Shown here: positions 13,830-27,400 of the stretch, piece by piece
How the letters are laid out: each line of letters starts with the position of its first letter
How positions within the stretch are numbered: the first letter of the stretch is position 1
Assembly: GCF_006345805.1 (NCBI RefSeq)
Contig: NC_043003.1
Location: 10,664,001 to 10,728,000 of the forward strand
Direction of reading: 5' to 3'
Origin: Octopus sinensis
Lineage: Eukaryota
DNA: 64,000 bases
Notes under the pieces: generated by a model
The model's database searches: none
What the model was told of the DNA's origin: nothing
Seen by the model: the letters and a program-made list of their open reading frames with translations, nothing else
Position numbers and translations under genes: made by a program

Positions 13830-14695
13830 CTATTGCTATTACTATTATCATCATTATTGCTGCTGCTGCTGCTGTTGTTGTTGTTCTTCTTCTGTCTTAT
13901 TATTGTTGTTGCTCTTTTTCTTCTTCTCCTTTGTCTTATTATTGTTGTTGTTCTTCTTCTTCTTCTTCATCTTGTTGTTGTTGTTGCTCTTCTTCTTCTG
14001 TCTTATTATTGTTGTTGCTCTTCTTCTTCATCTTCTTGTTGTTGTTGTTGTTGCTCTTCTTCTTCTTCTGTCTTATTATTGTTGTTGCTCTTCTTCTTCA
14101 TCTTCTTGTTGTTGTTGTTGTTGCTCTTCTCCTTTGTCTTATTATTGTTGTTGCTCTTCTTCTTCGTGTTGTTGTTGTTGTTCTTCTTCTTCTTCTTCAT
14201 CTTGTTGTTGTTGTTGCTCTTCTTCTTCATCTTCTTGTTGTTGTTGTTGTTGTTGTTCTTCTTCTTCTTCATCTTGTTGTTGTTGTTGCTCTTCTTCTTC
14301 ATCTTCTTGTTGTTGTTGTTGTTGCTCTTCTTCTTCTTCTGTCTTATTATTGTTGTTGCTCTTCTTCATCTTGTTGTTGTTGTTGTTGCTCTTCTTCTTC
14401 TTCTGTCTTATTATTGTTGTTGCTCTTCTTCTTCTCTTTTGTCTTATTATTGTTCTTCTTCTTCTTCTTCTGTCTTATTATTGTTGTTGTTGTTCTTATT
14501 CTTCATCTTGTAGTTGTTGTTGTTGTTCTTCTTCGTCTTATATTGTTGTTGTTCTTTTTCTTCTTATTCTTATATTGTTGTTGTTCTTTTTCTTCTTATT
14601 CTTATTCGTCTTGTTGTTGTTGTTCTTCTTCTTTGTCTTATTATTATTATTGTTGTTGCTGTTGTCACTGTTGTTATCATCATCATCATCATCAT
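13830..14695. repeat. Compound TTC/TTG/TTA microsatellite with higher-order units
   Basis: Recurring ttctgtcttattattgttgttgctcttcttcttcatcttcttgttgttg blocks. Confidence 0.9.
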
Positions 14696-15113
14696 AAAGT
14701 GCATTTGATGCCAATGTGGCAAATAAAACCGTAATTACCATTATCATTATTATTGTCATCATCATCGTCGTCATCATCATCATCATCATAACATATATTA
14801 ATTAATGCACATATGCATTCGTTTAATACACATCTGGCATATAATCTGTATAATTTTATATTTGTGCATGTATGTATACATGTATGTATGCATATGTGTG
14901 TGCATGTCCATATGCATGTGCACTGTGCATATGTGCATGCGAAGGGGTGGTGCCCCTGTGCACATATATATACATGCACGCGTGAACGAGTGAGTGCACC
15001 TGAGTGTATATGTATAAACATGCACCTACTCCATCCATATTTTATTGAAATCCAGTTACATGATTACGCATATCTGATATACAATAGGAAAAAAATCTCC
15101 TGCACAACCAAGA

Positions 15114-15785
15114 GTGCACATGCACAACAAGAGTTCACATGCACAACAAGAGTTCACATGCACAACAAGAGTTCACATGCACAACAAGAGTTCACATGCA
15201 CAACAAGAGTTCACATGCACAACAAGAGTTCACATGCACAACAAGATGCACATGCACAACAAGAGTTCACATGCACAACAAGAGTTCACATGCACAACAA
15301 GAGTTCACATGCACAACAAGAGTTCACATGCACAACAAGAGTTCACATGCACAACAAGAGTGCACATGCACAACAAGAGTTCACATGCACAACAAGAGTT
15401 CACATGCACAACAAGAGTTCACATGCACAACAAGAGTTCACATGCACAACAAGAGTTCACATGCACAACAAGAGTTCACATGCACAACAAGAGTTCACAT
15501 GCACAACAAGAGTGCACATGCACAACAAGAGTTCACATGCACAACAAGAGTTCACATGCACAACAAGAGTTCACATGCACAACAAGAGTTCACATGCACA
15601 ACAAGAGTTCACATGCACAACAAGAGTGCACATGCACAACAAGAGTTCACATGCACAACAAGAGTTCACATGCACAACAAGAGTTCACATGCACAACAAG
15701 AGTTCACATGCACAACAAGAGTTCACATGCACAACAAGAGTTCACATGCACAACAAGAGTTCACATGCACAACAAGAGTTCACAG
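15114..15785. repeat. 19-bp minisatellite, ~35 copies
   Basis: Unit cacatgcacaacaagagtt, near-identical; occasional gagtg variant and one shortened unit. Confidence 0.97.
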
Positions 15786-17107
15786 GCAAAAGATTTATAT
15801 TTGAACACAAGAAGCCAAAAATAAGAATTATTGAAAAACAGTAAAAAAAAAAAATGAAAAATTGATAATAAAAGCATTCTTTTCGTTTTCTTTGTTGTTA
15901 TTGCTGTTGTTGTTTTAGTGAAGGTGTTTTTGTTTGTTTGTTGGTTTGTTTTTTTTTCCGTCAATTGACAAGTGTAAAAAGTAAAATGGTTAGAATTTTG
16001 TGAAATGGGAATTAAACAATGTCAAACTGCAGGAATCTAAATAGAGATTTAACTTCCATTGTTCATTCCATTAAAATATGTCTTGGCTTTGTCTCTCTCT
16101 CTTTCTTTCTCTCTCTCTCTTCCTCCTTCTCTCTTCCTTATTCCGTTTTTATAACACAGATTAATATTAAATATTATATATACTTTATATATATAAATCA
16201 TGTATATTACACACACATGCACATATACACACATACACACACACACAAACACATATGCAAACATACAGATACACACACACACACAGATATACACACTGCC
16301 ACATGTGTGCGTACACACACACATACACACATGTGCATGTGCACACATGCACACGCACATGCATTCACACACACCACACACACACATAATATCCTTTCTT
16401 TACATATCCTTATATTTCTCAAACCTTCTCTTTACAAATCTTTTTGTTCTGCATTTAATACTCAAGCTGCAAATCTTTCTCCCCCTTTCATTCTCTTTTC
16501 CTCCCTTCCCCCCTCACCGATTTCTATCTGTCTGTCCCTCTCTCTCCTTCTTCATCCTTTACTCTCCCTCATTGCTCACACGTGACCATCGTCCATCCTT
16601 CCTTTCCTCATGTGATCTTTATTCTTTTCCCTCAATCTCTTGCGCAGTTCGGATGCATTTGTACCTGTTTCCTCTCTTTTCTCTTATCAAAAAATCTTTA
16701 TATATATAAATCAAGCATTTGCCATTTTTACCTCGTCTGTGCCTCCTTGTTTGTATTCGTTTGGTTTGGTTTGTTGTATGTCCTGTTTTTGTTACCAACT
16801 TTGACCCTCCGCAAATCCCAAATTTTTTATTTTGGTTCACGGGAGCAACTGCCTTCAAAATCTTATCTGTTGTTTGAATGTTCGGAATAAGGAGTAGGAC
16901 AGCCAACAACTGATGAAGGGTCGTTTTTATGTTACTTATTTTGTTTTCCATTCGTCTCTCTCATTCTTTGCGTACCCAACGTTATTTTCGTATTTCATGT
17001 TTGCATTTTGTGCTGTCCTGTACCAATATATGCATAGCTATATACGTATATATACGTATGTAGGTACACGTGTGTCTATATATGAATATATATAATATTT
17101 ACATATA

Positions 17108-17146
<39 letters not shown>

Positions 17147-18780
17147 GCGGTTAGCTGGTAGAAACTTTACCATGCCAGGTGAAATGCTTAGTGGTATTTC
17201 ATCTGTCTTTGTGCTCTGAGTTCAAATTCCGCCGACGTCAACTTTGCCTTTCGTCCTTTCAGGATCAATAAATTAAGTACCAGTTGCATACTGGGGTCAA
17301 TGTAATCGACTGGCCCCTCCCCAAAAATTTGAGCCTTGAGTCTAGAGTAGAAAAGAAGAAGAATGAGGAGGAGAGGGAAGAGGAAGGGAGGAGGAGGTGG
17401 TGGAGGAGAAAGAGGAGGGGCAAGAAGAAGAATGAGGAGGAGAGAGAGGAGGAAAAGGAAGAGGAGGAGGAGGTGATGGAGGAGAAAGAGGAGGAGGGGG
17501 AAGAAGAAGAATGAGGAGAGAGAGGAGGAAGAGGAGGAGGAGGAGGAGGTGATGGAGGAGAAAGAGGAGGAGGGGGAAGAAGAAGAATGAGGAGAGAGAG
17601 GGGAAGAGGAAGAGGAGGAGGAGGTGATGGAGGAGAAAGAGGAGGAGGGGGAAGAAGAAGAATGAGGAGAGAGAGAGGAGGAAGAGGAAGAATGAGGAGG
17701 AGGTGGTGGAGGAGAAAGAGGAGGAGGGGGAAGAAGATAAAGAAGCAGAAATAGTAGTAGAAGAAGAAGAAGAAGAAGAAGAATGAGGAGGAGGGATAGG
17801 GGTAAGAGGTGGTCTGTCTTTCATTTCACTCTCTGGATTTTCTTTCACTGGGTTCTATTGACATCCAATTTTTCCATGCATTGGTCTTCCTCATTTCGGT
17901 CACTAATCCCCTTGCTCATCCTTGCAATTTCGTTTCTCTCTCTCTCTCTCTGTTTTGTGTCCCTCTTCCTTCCTTTTTCCAATGCTTCCTTTTCCTCACT
18001 TTCTTTCTTTCTTTTTTCCTATACTCTCATTCTCATTCCCCTTCCCTCACTCTCTCTCCTTCTTTTTCCTTTATTCATTCTCTCACTCTCTCAGCACTCT
18101 CTTTTTCTCTCTATATATATATATCTATATATCACTCTTTTTGTATTTTCTCATTTACTCCTTTTCTTCTTTCGACTCCCCTCATCCTCTCCTATATGCT
18201 CTTTTCTCTTTTTCCCTTCTATATTCTTCTTCTTCCTTTTCTCTTTTCTCCATTTTCTTTCCTCTTTTTATTCTTGTTTCTCTATCAATCCTTCCATTTA
18301 TCTCTCTTTCTCTCTATCTACCTCTTTATCAATCCATCTATCTATCTATCTATCTATCTATATATCTATCTATCCATCAATCCATCCATCAATCAATCCA
18401 TCAATCCATCCATCCGTCCATCTATCTATCTGTCTATCTATCAATATATATCCATGTATCTATGCATCTTTCTATCTTTCTATCTGTCTGTCTATCTATC
18501 AATCAATATCTATCTATATATCTATCTACTGATCAATACAATTCTGTCACTATCTGTTTATCAATTTATATCTAGATACACATGGTGGTGTGGTAAGTAG
18601 CTTGCTTCCCAACCACATGGTTCTGGGTTCAGTCTCACTGTGTGGCACCTTGGGCAAGTGTTTTCTACTATAGCCTCAAGCCTACCAAATCCTTGTGAGT
18701 GAATCTGGTAGACGGAAACTGAAAGACACTCGTCGTATATATATATATATAATACACACACACACATATATATATATAAT

Positions 18781-18812
<32 letters not shown>

Positions 18813-19560
18813 GCATGTGTATATATGCATGTGTATATATCTGTGTATGTGTCTTTGTGTCTGCATTTGTCACCCAACTATCAACACTGTTTGACAACCA
18901 GGGTTGGTGTGTTTACATCCCCGTAACTTAGCAGTTTGGCAAAAGAGACTGCCAGAATAAGTAGTGGCTTACAAAACAAGAAATAAGACCTGAGAGTCGA
19001 TTTCTTCGACTGAAACCCTTTGAAGCGGTGCTCCAACATGGCCACAATCAAATGACTGAAACAAGTAAAAGCATAAAAGAATTAAAAAATATATATATAT
19101 ATCTGTATAGTGTATTCTTTCTATCCCAACCCCATTTTCTTCTTCATCTTCTCTTTTTCTTTCCATTATTCTCTTTCCTCTTTTTCTTGCATTTCTTCTC
19201 TTTTTCCACCCCTTTTCATTTTCCTTCATCTCATACACACTCCCTCTCTTTCCCACCCCTGTTCTCTTTCCCCACTTGCCTGACAAAAATGAAGCAAATT
19301 AATGCCCCACCACCACCCTCCACCCTACACACACACACACAGGCATTATGTCCAGTTAGCAGAGACATCATCTGTCAGGGATGAAGAGATGGCATTAACC
19401 AAAACAGGAGAAGCTGGAAGCAGAAACACACCAACAAAAACAACAACAACATTGACAAGACAACCTGCTAGAAAAACAACAATACGTACATACACATACA
19501 CATTTATATATATATGTATGTATATACATACACATACACATTTATATATATATGTATATG

Positions 19561-19591
<31 letters not shown>

Positions 19592-19596
<5 letters not shown>

Positions 19597-20180
19597 TCAA
19601 TTTAGGGTAGCAAAAAATTCAATAGAAATTTATCGCTACCAGCGGCCTAGTGGAAAGAGAATAGTCAAAGACTAAATATATAAATATATAAATATAGGTC
19701 ACTCCTAAATTGTTATATTTATATATTTAGTCTTTGACTATTTTCTCTTTTCCACTAGGCCGCTGGTAGCGATAAATTTCTATTGATTTTTTGCTACCCT
19801 AAATTGACTAATTGATAATTTTCTGAATAATTCTGAGATGAATCGGCAGTTTATATTTACTGCTGATAAGTTTGGCGCGAATACGTCGGTCTTGAAAATT
19901 TTAGACAGATATCCGGAGGCATCGATACAGACGCCCTCGTGTATATTTGTCTCTCCCAGGTTTTTACTGATGAAGTGTGACTATGGTAGATTAGCTTAAT
20001 TTAATTTAATTAAGCTAATTTAATCATTAATAACACAGAAACAATGCATCGTCTAAAAGATGAATTAGGGTAAATGTTTTTAAATTTTCACCTAATTTCT
20101 GAATTACTACTACTTGGAGGTGTGAGTTATGGCTGCTCTTTCTGGTGGACGAATGGCCTGTTAAGGTCACTCCTAAATTG

Positions 20181-20186
<6 letters not shown>
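19592..20186. mobile_element. Penelope-like pseudo-LTR remnant with inverted end duplication
   Basis: ~97-bp inverted repeat 19592-19688/19714-19812; direct repeat ggtcactcctaaattgttatat at 19697 and 20165; internal hammerhead motif. Confidence 0.6.
19961..20059 (+). ncRNA. Type I hammerhead ribozyme motif with GUC site and extended stem II
   Basis: TTTTTA CTGATGA AGTGTG...(hairpin attagcttaatt/aattaagctaat)...ACACA GAAAC AATGCATC GTC TAAAAG; stem I is 5 Watson-Crick pairs plus a G-U. Confidence 0.55.
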
Positions 20187-20217
<31 letters not shown>

Positions 20218-20253
20218 TAGATAGATAGATAGACAGACAGATAGATAAAGAGG

Positions 20254-20305
<52 letters not shown>

Positions 20306-20437
20306 AACAGAGAGACGGAGAGAGAGAGATAGATAGATGGATAGATAGAGAGAAAGAGACACAGAGATAGATAGATAGATACACATCCACGTAGGTAGGC
20401 CCTTTATAGAAATGCATGCATTTATAAATATATAGTG

Positions 20438-20725
20438 AAGGCACATGGCTCAGTGTGTTAGAGCGTCAACTTACAATCATGAGGTTGTGAGTTCAATTCC
20501 CAGACCAGGCTGTGTGTTGTGTTCTTGAGCAAAACACTTTGTTTCACGTTGCTCCAGTTCACTCAGCCTTAGAAATGAGTTGCAACATCACAGGTGCCAA
20601 GCTGTATCGACCTTTGCCTTTCCCTTGGATAACATCAGTGTTGTGGAGAGGGGAGGCTGGTATGCATGGGCACCCAGACTTGTGCCTGGGATGGTAACTT
20701 TCTAGGTGCAATCCCTTGGTCAGTC
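20438..20725 (+). mobile_element. tRNA-derived SINE (a further family; related copy at 26118-26375)
   Basis: ggcacatggctcagtgtgttagagc...gagttcaattcccagacc...ttgagcaaaacact..tttcac.ttgctccagt.cactca. Confidence 0.7.
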
Positions 20726-20960
20726 ATATATATATATATAAATTCTTGTATTTGTTTCAGTCATTTGACTGTGGTTATGCCTGTGCACTGCCTTTAGTCA
20801 AACAAATCGACCCCAGGATTTATTCTTTGTAAGCCTGGTACTTATTCTATTGGTTACTTTTGCCAAACTGCCAAGTTACGCGGGATGTAAACACACCAAC
20901 ATCAGTTGTCAAGTGATGGTGGGGGGACAAACACAGACACACAAACATATACATTTACAT

Positions 20961-23900
20961 ATCATCATCATCATCATCATCATCATCATTTAGCGTCCGT
21001 TTTCCATGCTAGCATGGGTTGGACGGTTCAACTGGGGTCTGGGGAGCCCGAAGGCTGCACCAGGCCAGTCAGATCTGGCAGTGTTTCTACAGCGGATGCC
21101 CTTCTAACGCCAACCACTCCGAGAGTGTAGTGGGTGATTTTATGTGCCACACACAGGTGCCAGACGAGGCTGGCGAACGGCCACGCTCGGATGTGTTTTA
21201 TGTGCCACGACACAGGGGCCAGACGAGGCTGGCAGACGGCCACGGGATGGTGTTTTTATGTGCCACCGACAAGGTGCCAGACGAGGCTGGCAGACGGCCA
21301 CGCTCGGATGGGTTTTTATGTGCCACCGACACAGGTGCCAGATGAGGCTGGCAGGTGCCAGACGAGGCTGGCAGACGGCCACGCTCGATGGTGTTTTTAT
21401 GTGCCACCGACACAGGTGCCAGATGAGGCTGGCGGACGGCCACGATCGGATGGTGTTTGTTACGTCCCCAAAGCACGGAGGCCAGTCTATGCGGTACTGG
21501 CTACGGCCACGTTCGGATGATTTTCTTGTGTGCCACCGGCACTGGTACCACAAAGATACAAATTCCATTTATGCTCATCTATTTTGATTTGTTTTGATTT
21601 GATTTGATTTTCACTTGCCTCAACAGGTCTTCACAAGTGTCACAAGAAGGAAGGTATGCACAGGTGGACTGTCTACGTCGCCGGGTCTTCGGATGGTGTC
21701 TTTATGTGCCACCGACACAGGTGCCAGATGTGGCTGGCGAACGGCCACGATCGGATGGTTTTCTTGTGTGCCACCGGTACTGGAACCACAAAGATACAAA
21801 TTCCATTGATGTTCATCTATTTTGATTTGGTTTGATTTTCACTTGCCTCAACAGGTCTTCACAAGTGTCACGCGTGTCACACACTTGTCTCAACAGGTCT
21901 CCACAAGTGTCACACACTTGCCTCTGCCTCAACAGGTCTTCACAAGTGTCACACACTTGCCTCTGCCTCAACAGGTCTTCACAAGTGTCATAAGAGGGAA
22001 GGTATGCACAGGTGGACTGACTACGTCGCCGGGTCTTTGGATGGTGTTTTTATGTGCCACCGACAAGGTGCCAGGTGAGGCTGGCGAACGGCCACGATCA
22101 GATGGTTTGTTGTGCCCACAGCACGGAGGCCAGTCGATGCGGTACCAGCTACGGCCACTTCGGATGGTTTTCTTGTGTGCCACCGGTACTGGAACCACAA
22201 AGATACAAATTCCATTGATATTCATCTATTTTGATTTGGTTGATTTTCACTTGCCTCAACAGGTCTTCACAAGTGTCACACACTGCCTCAACAGGTCTTC
22301 ACAAGTGTCATAAGAGGGAAGGTATGCACAGGTGGACTGACTACGTCGCCGGGTCTCGGATGGTGTCTTTATGTGCCACGGCACAGGTGCCAGATGAGGC
22401 TGGCGAACGGCCACGATCGGATGGTGTTTGTTGTGCCCACAGCACGGAGGCCAGTCGATGCGGTACTGGTTACGGCCACGTTTGGGTGGTTTTCTTGTGT
22501 GCCACCGGCACTGGTACCACAAAGAATACAATTCCACTGATGTTCATCTATTTTGATTTGTTTTGATTTGATTTGATTTTCACTTGCCTCAACAGGTCTT
22601 CATAAGTGTCACAAGAAGGAAGGTATGCACAGGACTGACTACGTCCAGGTCGGGGCCACGGGTTATGGCCTGACTAGTCTTGCCGGGTCTTCTCATGCAC
22701 AGCATACTTCCATAGGTCTCGGTCTCTAGACATTTCCTTAGTGAGACCTAAAGTTCGAAGGTCGTGCTTCACCACTCGTCCAGGTTTTCCTGGGTCTACC
22801 TCTTCCACAGGTTCCCTCCATGCTAGGGTTGTAGCACTTTTGCACACAACTATCTTCAGCCTTTCTTGTCACATGACCATACCAGCGCAGCCGTCTCTCT
22901 TGCACGCCACAACTGACGCTTCTTAGGTTCAGCTTTTCTCTCAAGGAACTTACACTCTGACGATTATGAACACTGACATTACAATCCATCGGAGCATACT
23001 GGCTTCATTTCTTGCGAGCTTACGCATATCCTCAGCAGTCACGGCCCATGTTTCACTACCATGTAGCATGGCTGTACGTACACATGCATCATACAGTCTG
23101 CCTTTTACTCTGAGCGAGAGGCCTTTTGTCACCAGCAGGGGTAAGAGCTCTCTAAACTTTGCCCAGGCTATTCTTACTCTAGCAGTTACACTTTCAGCAC
23201 ACCCACCCCGCTACTGACTTGGTCTCCTAGGTAGCGGAAGCTATCAACTACTTCTAGTTTGTCTCCCTGGAACGTGGCAGAAGTTGGTCTCTGCATATTC
23301 CAGTGTTTATTGCTCCTGAGCATTGCCACAGACAAAAACTATTTTCCTAGTTAGCCTTCCTTGACATTGCTGCACCTCTTATGTGTCCATAGCTACACTT
23401 GGTGCATCTTATAGAGTTTCTACCTACACCTTTTTTACAGATCGAGCAGGGCCATCTACCTGAAGCGTTTGTGATTGATCTACCTTCCTACTTATTAGAA
23501 CTTTGGTTTTGGCTAGGTTGATTCTAAGGCCCTTCGATTCTAATCCTTGTTTCCACACCTGGAATTCTCCTCCAGTTCTGATAGTGACTCAGCAATTAGA
23601 GCAAGGTCATCAGCATAGAGGAGCTCAGGGGCAACCTGTCTTGAATTCCTCCGTTATTGCCTGGAGGACTATGATAAATAGGAGGGGACTGAGGACTGAA
23701 CCTTGGTGGACCCCAACCTCTACCCGGAATTCTTCACTGTACTCGTTGCCCACCCTCACCTTACTAGCAGCGTCTCTGTACATGGCTTGCACAGCTCTCA
23801 CCAACCATTCTTCTATCCCTAGTTTCCTCAATGACACCAGATAAGGGACCGGGGGACCCTGTCAAAGGCTTTTCTCCAAGTCAACAAAAGCCAGGTACAA

Positions 23901-24133
23901 GGGCTTATCTTTGGCTAGGTATTTCTCCTGCAGCTGTCTTACCAGGAATATAGCATCAGTAGTACTTTTCCCTGGCACGAACCCAAACTGCATATCATCT
24001 AAGGTAACTCTCTCTCTAATTAGTTCGGCTACAACCCTCCGTAACCTTCATTACCTGATCCAGCAGCTTGATGCCCCTGTAGTTATTTGTCTCTAGGGCG
24101 TCGCCTTTACCTTTGTAGCAGTTGACTATTATG
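20961..24133 (-). mobile_element. 5'-truncated, frameshifted RTE-clade LINE (RT ORF ~22735-24130 plus long 3' UTR and (GAT)n tail)
   Basis: ORF pieces VGVHQGSVLSPLLFIIVL (RT), KGRLYDACVRTAMLHGSETW and RRLRWYGHV...GRGRPRKTW lie in different frames. The 3' end reads ...gcatggaaaaacggacgctaaatgatgatg. Confidence 0.9.
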
Positions 24134-25232
24134 CTGCTACACCAGTCATATATATATATATATAAATATGACGGGCTTCTTTCAGTTTCCATCTACCACA
24201 TCCACTTACAAGGCTTTGGTCAGCCCAAGGCTGCAGTAGAAGACACTTGGCCAAGGTGCCATGCAATGGGACTGAACCTGGTACCATGTGTTTGGTAAGC
24301 AAGCAATTTATATATAGATATATATATAAAGAATGATAAATTTGTAAAAATACGTGCATCTGTGTAAAAGAATGTAGGTATGTATATGCTTGTATACATG
24401 TGTGTATATATGTGTGTGTGTATGTATGTATATATGTTTGTTAATAAATATGTGTATGTGTACGTATATATATGTTTTTGTGTATATATTTATGTATATA
24501 AATATATATGTATATGTGTACTTAAATTTATATACAACTGTATGTATGTATGTGTATATATGCATGTATATGTATATATATATATGTATACATATATATA
24601 TATATAAATATATATGTATATATATGTGCATGCCTGTGTGTGCATATACACGTATACATACACTTATGTATGTATGTATGTATGTATGTATGTATAAGTA
24701 TATATGTATATATATCTCTGTATATATGTGACTATGTGTATGTATATGTATATATGTATGTATGTATATGTATGTATATATGTATTATATATGTATGTAT
24801 ATGTATATATGTATTATATATGTATCTATCTATGTATATATGTATGTATAGATGTATCTATCTATGTATATATGTATGTATGTGTATACATATGTATGTA
24901 TATGTGTGTATATATATGTATGTGTATATATATATGTATGTATATATGGATGTATGTGCATGTATATGTATGTATGTATATGTATGCATGTGTATGTATA
25001 TGTATATATGTATCTATCTATCTATGTATATATGTATGTTCATGTATATGAATGTATGTGTATATATGTGTATATATATGTATGTATATATGTATCTATG
25101 TATGTATGTATGTTTATGTATATGTATATATGTATGTATATGTATGTATGTATGTATGTTTGTATGTATGTATGTATGTATGTATGTTTGTATGTATGTA
25201 TGTATGTATGTATGTTTGTATGTATGTATGTA

Positions 25233-25263
<31 letters not shown>

Positions 25264-26782
25264 GTATGTATGTATGTATGTATGTATGTATGTATGTATG
25301 TATGTATGTATGTATGTATGTATGTATGTATAGACGTGTGTGTGGTATGACAGTAGACAAGCAACAAGCCAAAGATAGTGACAACAAAACAGAAGCCATC
25401 CAGTTCTTATACTTGCAGCCATCTCCCAAGATTAGACTCAAAGATAAAAGGATTCCCTCACAAACAGACGAGGTTTGATTCCAATTCTTTCACTTCTGGT
25501 TGTTGTTGTTGTTGACATTGTATATATTGTTATTGTTGCTGCTGCACTTCTTTTTGTTTGGGTTGTACTTGTTGTTGTAATTGTTGTTATTGCCACTGTG
25601 ACTGCAGCAAATGGAAGAGGTGGATGAAAAATACTAATGTTGACACTATATCTGTTGTTATTGTTGTTGTTGCTGTTGCTGTTGTTGTTGTTTAACTCCA
25701 GGCCAGCTGTGCTCTAATCAAGTTGACCTATGACCAAAGACATTCGTTCCACAATCATTCAGTCGTTTTAGTATAACGAACGACACATTATCTGATTAGT
25801 CCACCATTTCCTGGTCTGCTATTCTGTTTTTCATTTTTTTTTGTTTTTTTTTTTTTTGTTTTGCTTAAGATGGTAGAGTATGACTTCAATGAGATTTGCC
25901 TGCTATTTCTAGCAAGACAGGTGACCACATCCATGGTCCTCTGTTGGCTTGTCCCTGTCTGTTATTTCTGTTGTTTTCATCAACATCATCATCATCATCA
26001 TCATCATCATTATCTAAAGTCTGCTTTTCCATGCCAGCAAGGGTTGGATGGTTTGACTGGAGGTTGATAAGCTGGAGAGCTGCACCAGGCTCCAACAGTC
26101 TGCTTTGGCACGGTTTGTGGAGGCACGTGGCTTAGTGGTTAGGGATGTTGGACTCATGACCGTAAGATTGTGGTTTCAATTCCTGAACCAGGCAACACAT
26201 TGTGTCCTTGAGCAAAACACTTCATTTCACATTGCTCCAGTCCACTCACCTGGCAAAAATGAGTAATCCTGTGACTGACCAGCATCCAGTCCAGGTGGGG
26301 AATATTATAAATGCCATGGAAACCGGGATACTGGCCCTTATGAGTCTGTATGACTCAAAAATGTAACTTTACTTTTACGTTTTCCTAGCATGGTTTCTAC
26401 GGTTGAACACCATTACTGATGCCAACCACTTTACAAAGGGTACCGAGTGGTTTCTATGTGGCACCAGCACCAGTGCTTTTATGTGGCACTGAAATTGAAA
26501 TCGCAATCAAATTCGATGACTGGCAGCCGTGCAAGTGGAGCACTAAGAGCACCATCCAAGTGTGATCGTTCCCAGAGCAGCTGACTGGCTTCTGTGCCGG
26601 TGGCACATAAAAACCACCATTCAAGCGTGATCATAACCAGCGTCGCCTTACTGGCACTTGTGCTGGTGGCACATGAAAAACCATTCTAGCAAGGTCATTG
26701 CCAGTCCCGCGGGACTGGCTCCTGTGCAGCTGGCACGTAAAAAACACCATTTGAGTGTGACCATTGCCAGTACATATATACA

Positions 26783-27400
26783 TACAAGGGAGTCCTTAAA
26801 AGTTTCTGGCTTGTTTTAAGGGTATAGCGAAAAGCCTGGTTGGAGGCCCAACCTTCTGAGTATTTTTACAGGGCTTAGAAAAACTGAAGGATTACTGCAA
26901 TAAGTGTATGAATCTGATCAGGGAATATGTTGAATGGATGGAAGCACTCCGTCGGTTACGATGACGAGGGTTCCGGTTGATCCGATCAACGGAACAGCCT
27001 GCTCGTGAAATTAACGTGTAACTGGCTGAGCACTCCACAGACACGTGTACCCTTAACGCAGTTCTCGGGGATATTCAGCGTAACACAGAGAGTGACAAGG
27101 CCGGCCCTTTGAAATACAGGTACAACAGAAACAGGAAGAGTGAGAGAAAGTTGTGGTGAAAGAGTACAGCGGGGATCACCACCATCCCTGCTGGAGCCTC
27201 GTGGAGCTTTAGGTGTTTTCACTCAATAAACACTCACAACACCCAGTCTGGGAATTGAAACCGCAATCCTACGACCGCGAGTCCGCTGCCCTAACCACTG
27301 GGCCATTGCGCCTCCTAATATGTTGAATAAAACCATAATCAAATGATCTTCCTGTATTTTCTTTTACCCAAAACCAGGAACTTTTCAACACCTCCCTGTA
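26783..27400 (+). mobile_element. Mariner-derived internally deleted element (MITE-like), interrupted by a SINE
   Basis: TA-flanked imperfect TIRs (tacaagggagtccttaaaagtttctgg / ccaggaacttttcaacacctccctgta). The residual C-terminus LEKLKDYCNKCMNLIREYVE* is rejoined by removing the SINE. Confidence 0.7.
26936..27316 (-). mobile_element. Full-length tRNA-derived SINE with 12-bp target-site duplication
   Basis: Head aggaggcgcaatggcccagtggttagggc...ggtttcaattccc (A/B boxes). TSD aatatgttgaat at 26924-26935 and 27317-27328. Confidence 0.9.

Noticed and set aside
15114-15785. CRISPR-like array
   Set aside because: Contiguous units with no spacers, eukaryotic context and no cas genes.
23503-24096. 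Plus-strand ORFs 23503..23844 and 23911..24096
   Set aside because: Antisense shadows of the RTE reverse transcriptase.
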